A stretch of 64,000 nt of DNA, taken from positions 1,550,001-1,614,000 of the forward strand of contig CM102284.1 in assembly GCA_046563655.1 (NCBI GenBank), in the 5' to 3' direction. The stretch's first letter is position 1; each line of letters starts with the position of its first letter. This document shows positions 57,957-64,000 of the stretch, piece after piece. The DNA comes from Yuukianura sp. NJ FZ-2021 (lineage: Eukaryota). The position numbers and the translations under genes were made by a program. The notes under the pieces were generated by a model. It saw only the letters and a program-made list of their open reading frames with translations, made no database searches and was not told the DNA's origin.

Positions 57957-58650
57957 AAATGCGGAAACCAAAATGCACAAAATTGTACGAATGTTAAAAC
58001 GAAATTTAACTAGAACTTGAAAAGGCAATTGCAATAGATGTTGTCGCGTTTCCGTTACATTAAAATTATAATTAAATAAAGGTTTAATTTAGTATATTAA
58101 GTTTATACTTAAAAACTTGACATACGCTTGCATGTTGAAATGGCGTGTAAACTATTTAGGAAAAGGGCAAAGTTTGTTGAATGATAAGACAACTTACGAG
58201 AACACAATTTTAAAAACTTCAATTTTTCTGGGGAAACGATTATATCTTTAGCCTTAACGTGATAAAATCTATATCATTTCGAGGTAATGGCAGGAATAAC
58301 ATGATTTCCTTGTTCTGAATAAGTAATTTCATTTCCCCCGTTTTATTTTAGTTTTTGTTTTGTATTATATCGCTAATCGCGACGTATCTACGTCTATTCA
58401 TATTAAATGTGTTCCTGCTTTTGTTTGTTTTCTTTTGTTTTAAACTTTTGTTTTCAAATTTTGAAATGCTGGTGTCTTAGTTAATAACATGCATTCCAAT
58501 AACATTTACTTCAGTCAGAAAATTACACAACAGAAACAGAGAAGTGAAACGTGAAAATTTTCTTTACCGCACTAAACTTTGTATGCCACTGAACTAAATA
58601 CAGTCCTACAACGACTACTTATATCGTTAAAACACGGATATTCTTTGGCA

Positions 58651-60831
58651 ATGTTCAAAGTATTTGTATTAGTGGCAGCAGTTATTTTTCAAATCAATTT
58701 TTCTGCCAATGGGTTTACCTTTACCTCGTTTTCTCTGCTGGGTTTTGAAAACTGTTACATGCTAGTATTCAAATTTCAGGAAAATTTTGACTTACTTCCG
58801 AATGAGGATATTAACCAACCCGTAACTTTGTTTAATCAACATGGTGTTTTACGGCTTATTGGACGATTACTACCTAGTTCTAACGACAGTTTTACCAAAC
58901 TTAAGCTACGGTGGCTATACGTGAAACAAACATGCCTTTTGTACTACATGGTGGAACCGAAGTCTCCGGCCGACATCATCCGAGCTCAATCCAATCTTCA
59001 TCAAATTCTGGTGTGTGAGGATGTTTCGTCTTGGACTTTCTATTGTTACACGTCGCACACATACCTAGTTGTGCTTTCCTCAAAGTTGACAAACATTTCC
59101 GCCATTCAGAATAATTACTGGCATGTACCCCTTTTCTCTATTTACTTCAAACCATATTCAGCAGTTCCCTTGTCCATACTTGCCGAACTTGCTTTTCCAT
59201 GCGATCGTGCGATTCGAATGAATGTACAAAATATGCACCGCTTACAGCCGAAGGGACTGCGCATGGTTCTAGACCAACTTGTTCAAAAACTCCTTTTTAA
59301 TGACTGCCATGTTGAATGGATTTTGAATTCGCCTACGGCTCTGGCATCGGCATTCCACAAAGAGAAAAGGTTTTTAGGATTACGCATAATAGAGAAATCG
59401 ATGGATGCGCACATTCAAATTGTGAGAGAACTGATTGCAATTTTCAACATGTCCAGAGTTGGGCAAAATAGTGAAACTGAAAATTATGAAACTTATTTCG
59501 ATAGTGAACTCTTTTCTAATCAAATAACTTCAGAACAATCTCAAACCCTGGTAATAAGGGTTAAAACTACGCACAAGCTATACCCAGTTCCAAAGCTTGA
59601 ATTACATTTGGTTTGGATTAACACCGACGTTACGCCATCCCTGAGAAATAGAAGAACTTCAAATGACCAACTGGACATGTACTCGTACATGACAACCCTA
59701 ATTTCTTTCAACTTTATAACTTGTGCTGAAAACAAAAAATTTATATCATTTAGTGCTCTTCTGAATCCGTACAAAAGGGAAATCTGGTACGCAGCAATTG
59801 TTGCATGTTGCATATTTATTCTGACGTTCTATGTATATTCAAAATTGACAAATTCAAAAAACTCCGCACTATTTACAGTAGTCAAAATTGTTTTGGAGCA
59901 GGATGCCACGGTTAGGCAGTGTACTGGCCATTACAAGGCATATTACGGCGTAGTCGCCATATGTATCCTGGGAATGTTAACGTTGATAAATGCTTACAAA
60001 GGAGTGCTGACTTCACGCGTAACTGCACCGCCATTTACGCGTCAGCTTGAGACTATACAGGAAGCAGTAGAAAAAGGTCTGCAACTTTTAGTTGAGACTA
60101 CGCCTCTTCGAAGTAGTATCCGTGAACGATCTCTAAGAAACAAAATTACAATCAACATGACACTCAAAGAAAGGCGCAAGTTAATAACTTCTTTTTATTC
60201 ACTAAGTCGCTTTTATTACCTAATGTACGAACGGATGGGAATACTAAATAAGAACAAAAACAAAGAAGAGCTGGGAATGCTAAATCATATACTTGAAAAC
60301 ACTGATTTGAATTCCAGTCTAAACTGTAACACAACTGAAAAGTTGTTTGAGTGTAACAACACAATTTGGGTGGCTGACCAGGAGTTGTTGGCTGAGTTAC
60401 GTCAAAGAACTGCAGTGGTGGAGTTTTTAAAAAATAATACAAACATTGCTGAGAAGTTGTACATAGGTAAAGATAAATTTATGCAGCACTACGTTGTATG
60501 GACTGTTGGTCCAAATAAGTGGGACCGTGCAAATAAGGTTCACTTTCGAATGCAGCGAATTTTGCAGTCTGGCGTCAAAACTCACCTGGAACAAATGGAA
60601 ACTTTCAAAAATTTAACGCGCGTTTTGCGCGAAAAAGCACTGAGGACAAAACTTACTAGATTGTCACTGAAACTTAACCTCACAGCGGTAACGTTCATTC
60701 TGTTGGCTTGCCTACTCGCGGTATGCATCTTGGTATTGCTGGCAGAATTGGTGCAAAATTTTGGCGCCAAGTATTTTCAAGCAAATGGGATTTGTTTCTT
60801 ATATTTTTTAAAAATTAATCGCAACATATGA
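58651..60831 (+). CDS. Divergent ionotropic receptor (IR), intronless, copy 3
   Basis: Motifs SFNFITC, LLNPYKREIW, KIVLEQ, NAYKGVLTSRVTAP and ILQSGVK. Confidence 0.75.
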   Translation: MFKVFVLVAAVIFQINFSANGFTFTSFSLLGFENCYMLVFKFQENFDLLPNEDINQPVTLFNQHGVLRLIGRLLPSSNDSFTKLKLRWLYVKQTCLLYYMVEPKSPADIIRAQSNLHQILVCEDVSSWTFYCYTSHTYLVVLSSKLTNISAIQNNYWHVPLFSIYFKPYSAVPLSILAELAFPCDRAIRMNVQNMHRLQPKGLRMVLDQLVQKLLFNDCHVEWILNSPTALASAFHKEKRFLGLRIIEKSMDAHIQIVRELIAIFNMSRVGQNSETENYETYFDSELFSNQITSEQSQTLVIRVKTTHKLYPVPKLELHLVWINTDVTPSLRNRRTSNDQLDMYSYMTTLISFNFITCAENKKFISFSALLNPYKREIWYAAIVACCIFILTFYVYSKLTNSKNSALFTVVKIVLEQDATVRQCTGHYKAYYGVVAICILGMLTLINAYKGVLTSRVTAPPFTRQLETIQEAVEKGLQLLVETTPLRSSIRERSLRNKITINMTLKERRKLITSFYSLSRFYYLMYERMGILNKNKNKEELGMLNHILENTDLNSSLNCNTTEKLFECNNTIWVADQELLAELRQRTAVVEFLKNNTNIAEKLYIGKDKFMQHYVVWTVGPNKWDRANKVHFRMQRILQSGVKTHLEQMETFKNLTRVLREKALRTKLTRLSLKLNLTAVTFILLACLLAVCILVLLAELVQNFGAKYFQANGICFLYFLKINRNI

Positions 60832-61581
60832 AGCAACGAGCTAAATAATGTAAATACTGTTCACTTTTTCATAAAGCAATCTTCGTTGTAACAAATATTT
60901 TTGTTGATAATAAATCCTTCAGGTGAGTTCTGTTCACTTTTTTTTAGCTTTATATTGTAGTGGCAATAAATGTTGTATTATTTGCGTTACATTTAAATAT
61001 ACTAAACTATAATGGTTTAATTTATTGTCACACGCTGATACGTAAGAACTGAAACTACGGTTGCATGTTCAGATGGCATGGAGAATGTTTAGGAGTGTTT
61101 GGGTAAAGTTTGTGGAAAGATAAGGCAACTTACGAGTATATCGGATTAAAAATCTGTTTAAAATTCTGTTTCGTTTGGTTAAGATTGCACATATTTTAGT
61201 TTAACGTCACATTACGTGATAAGATGAAAATCATTTGATGGCAAAAGCATTTGGTAATTTTTGATAGGAATAAACTCCATCAACTTTTCTGAATTCGTAA
61301 TTTCATTTCCTCAGAATTTTTTGGTTTGTATTTCATATCATACTTCTAATCTCGCCGTATCTACTGCCAAACTTTGTCTACTTTTGTTTTAAAATTTTGA
61401 AATGTTGGGGGTGTCTAATATAAGCACAGATATTTCAAAACATTTACTTCAGTTTGAAAATATACAAAAACAGTAGTGAAATGTGAGAATTTATTTGTAA
61501 GCTGTAGAAGTTTTGTACCATTGAACTAACGAAAGTGCAAAAACTTATATTTTTACTCTCGTTCAAACAAATTCTTTGACA

Positions 61582-63780
61582 ATGTCCAAAATATTTGTTT
61601 TAGTTGTAGTAGTGATTGTTCAAATATATTTCTCAGCTAGTAATGGATTCATATTTAGTTCCTTTTCTCTACTGGGTTTTGAGAATTGCTATCTTTTAGT
61701 ATTCAAAATCCAGGAAAATTTTGACTTACTACCAAATGAAGGTAAAAACCAACCGCTAACTTTGTTTAATAAACACTGCATTTGGGAGCCTGAAGGAGTA
61801 TTACGACCTAGTTCTAACGAGAGTTTCACAAAACTTAAACTGCGATGGCAATTTGTGAAACAAACATGCCTTCTGTACTATATGTTGGAACCGAAGTCCT
61901 TCGACATCCCTCGAGCCCAGTCCAATATGCACCATGTTCTGATATGCGAAGACGACTCATCGCGAATTTCATTCTTTTGCTACACGTCACACACATACCT
62001 AATTGTACTTTCATCAAATTTGGCACAACTTTCCGCCATCCAAAATAATTACTGGCATGTACCACTATTCTCTATTTACTTCAAACCTGATTCAGCAGTT
62101 CCATTGTCTATACGTACCGAACTTGCCTTTCCATGCAATCGTGCACTTCGAATGAACGTACATAATATGCGCAGCTTGCAACAGAAAGGACTGCGTATCG
62201 TTCTTGACCAACTTTTTCAAAAACTAGTTTTTAGTGCCTGTCATGTTGAATGGATTTTAAACTCGCCTACTGACAGGCTACCAAAATTTCAAAAAAATTT
62301 GTTTTGGGGATTGCGTATAATAGAGAAACCAATGGATTCGTACATTCAAATTGTGAGAGACCTGATTGCAATTTTTAACATGTCCAGAGTTGGTCAAAGT
62401 ATTGAAAATGACAATTTTGAAACGGATTTCAACAGTGAACTTTTTTCTAATCAAATAACTTCCGAAAAATGTCAAACACAGTTCAGTAGTGTTGTTAGGG
62501 GTAAGCATCCGCATCCGCCGGCTTCATCCAAAAACCTAGATTTACATATGGTTTGGATTAATACTGACGTTACGCCATCACTACAATCTAGAAAAGGTTA
62601 CAATCGTAACTACGAACAACTGGACACGTACTCGTACATTACAAACACAATTTCCTTCAACTTTATAACCTGTGCTGAATACAAGAAATTCATATCATTT
62701 GACGCCCTTTTGGAGCCGTACGAAACTGATGTCTGGTGTACAGCAGTTGCTTCATGTTGCATATTTATTGTTGCATTCTATGTGTATTCAAGGATGACAA
62801 ATTCAAAAAACTCCTCACTATTTACCGTTGTTAAAATTGTGTTGGAGCAGGGTGCAAATGTTGGGCAGTATACTGGGTATTACAAGTCTTATTACGCCGT
62901 AGTCACTTTATGTATACTTGGAATGCTAACGTTGATAAATGCATACAAAGGAGTGCTAACTGCACGCGTAACTTCACCGCGATTTACTCGCCAACTTGAA
63001 ACGATACAGGAAGCTGTACAAGGAGGCCTGCAACTTTTAGTTGAGACTAAACCCATCCGAATCAACAGCAATGAAGGATATCTCAGAAAAATGATAAGCG
63101 TGGACATGCCAATCAAAGCAAGGATTGCTGCAGTAACACTTTTTAAATTAGAAAGTAGTCGCTTTTATAACCTACTGAACGAGAGGTTAGGATTCCAAAG
63201 TAACAACAAGAACAAAGAGGAGAAGAAAATGCTAAATCATATACTTGAAAACACTGATTTGAATTCCAGTCTAAACTACAATACAACTGAAAAGCTGTTT
63301 GAGTGTAACAAAACAATTTGGGTGGCTGACCAAGAGTTGTTGGCTGAGTTCCGTCAAAGAACTGCAGTGGTGGAGTTTTTAAAAAATAATACACACATTG
63401 CTGAGAAGTTGTACATGGGTAAAGATAAATTTATGGAGCACTACGTTGTATGGACTGTTGGTCCCAATAAGTGGGACCGTGCAAATAAGGTTCATTTTCG
63501 AATGCAACGAATTTTGCAATCTGGCATTAAAACTCACTTGGAACAAATGGAAACTTTCAAAAATTTAACGCGCGTTTTGCGTCAACAAGCGCTGAGGAGT
63601 ACACTTACTAGATTGTCAATGCAACTTAACCTCACAGCGGTAACATTCATTTTGTTGGCTTGCCTTCTCGCCGTATGTAGTTTGGTGCTGATGGGAGAAT
63701 TGGTGCAAAATTTTTGTGCTAAATATTTTCAAACCTTGGAAATGAATTGCTACTGTTACTGGTTAAGAACTAAGGTATAA
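61582..63780 (+). CDS. Divergent ionotropic receptor (IR), intronless, copy 4 (closest to copy 3)
   Basis: Motifs SFNFITC, LLEPYETDVW, KIVLEQ, NAYKGVLTARVTSP and ILQSGIK. Confidence 0.75.
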   Translation: MSKIFVLVVVVIVQIYFSASNGFIFSSFSLLGFENCYLLVFKIQENFDLLPNEGKNQPLTLFNKHCIWEPEGVLRPSSNESFTKLKLRWQFVKQTCLLYYMLEPKSFDIPRAQSNMHHVLICEDDSSRISFFCYTSHTYLIVLSSNLAQLSAIQNNYWHVPLFSIYFKPDSAVPLSIRTELAFPCNRALRMNVHNMRSLQQKGLRIVLDQLFQKLVFSACHVEWILNSPTDRLPKFQKNLFWGLRIIEKPMDSYIQIVRDLIAIFNMSRVGQSIENDNFETDFNSELFSNQITSEKCQTQFSSVVRGKHPHPPASSKNLDLHMVWINTDVTPSLQSRKGYNRNYEQLDTYSYITNTISFNFITCAEYKKFISFDALLEPYETDVWCTAVASCCIFIVAFYVYSRMTNSKNSSLFTVVKIVLEQGANVGQYTGYYKSYYAVVTLCILGMLTLINAYKGVLTARVTSPRFTRQLETIQEAVQGGLQLLVETKPIRINSNEGYLRKMISVDMPIKARIAAVTLFKLESSRFYNLLNERLGFQSNNKNKEEKKMLNHILENTDLNSSLNYNTTEKLFECNKTIWVADQELLAEFRQRTAVVEFLKNNTHIAEKLYMGKDKFMEHYVVWTVGPNKWDRANKVHFRMQRILQSGIKTHLEQMETFKNLTRVLRQQALRSTLTRLSMQLNLTAVTFILLACLLAVCSLVLMGELVQNFCAKYFQTLEMNCYCYWLRTKV

Positions 63781-64000
63781 ACATCGAGCTGAATAATTTT
63801 AGTACAATTCATGTTTGAACACTCAAGAGGTATTGCTGCACATTGTGTTAATTAGTTTAAACTGATCCTAGTACAACAAAATCAGTCTTTGTGGTAAAGA
63901 AAATGTTTGAGTTGATAATCATTAATTAATCCTTGTGTGTGTCATTCAATATGAAGATTGTCTTTAGCGTTAGGAGTTCTTGTTCAATCTGGAATCAAAA

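Overview
AT-rich, intron-containing eukaryotic DNA from a hexapod. A springtail (Collembola) is inferred from OBP, takeout, Tweedle, GR- and IR-type genes occurring together with an intron-bearing type I PKS and plant-like gulonolactone oxidases. Order of features: two convergent L-gulonolactone-oxidase-like genes; takeout/JHBP; a divergent 7TM chemoreceptor; a Tweedle/DUF243 cuticle gene; an L-galactose-dehydrogenase-like aldo-keto reductase; a 4.2-kb foldback-type DNA transposon (17313-21508); pecanex-like 4; an OBP; an EcKinase array split by a ~16-kb block carrying a glycogenin-like::PKS fusion gene and an EF-hand gene; and four tandem intronless ionotropic receptors. The strongest candidate for an undescribed system is the transposon. 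It has an 8-bp target-site duplication, long TIRs built from 157-bp tandem repeats and no transposase. Its only cargo is a spliced KDM4-like JmjC histone-demethylase domain with all catalytic residues intact, interrupted by a 224-bp TA-flanked MITE whose removal restores the frame. The second candidate is the ~2730-aa pseudo-glycogenin-KS-AT-DH*-cMT-ER-KR*-ACP protein. All calls come from reading the sequence by eye; no database searches were run.
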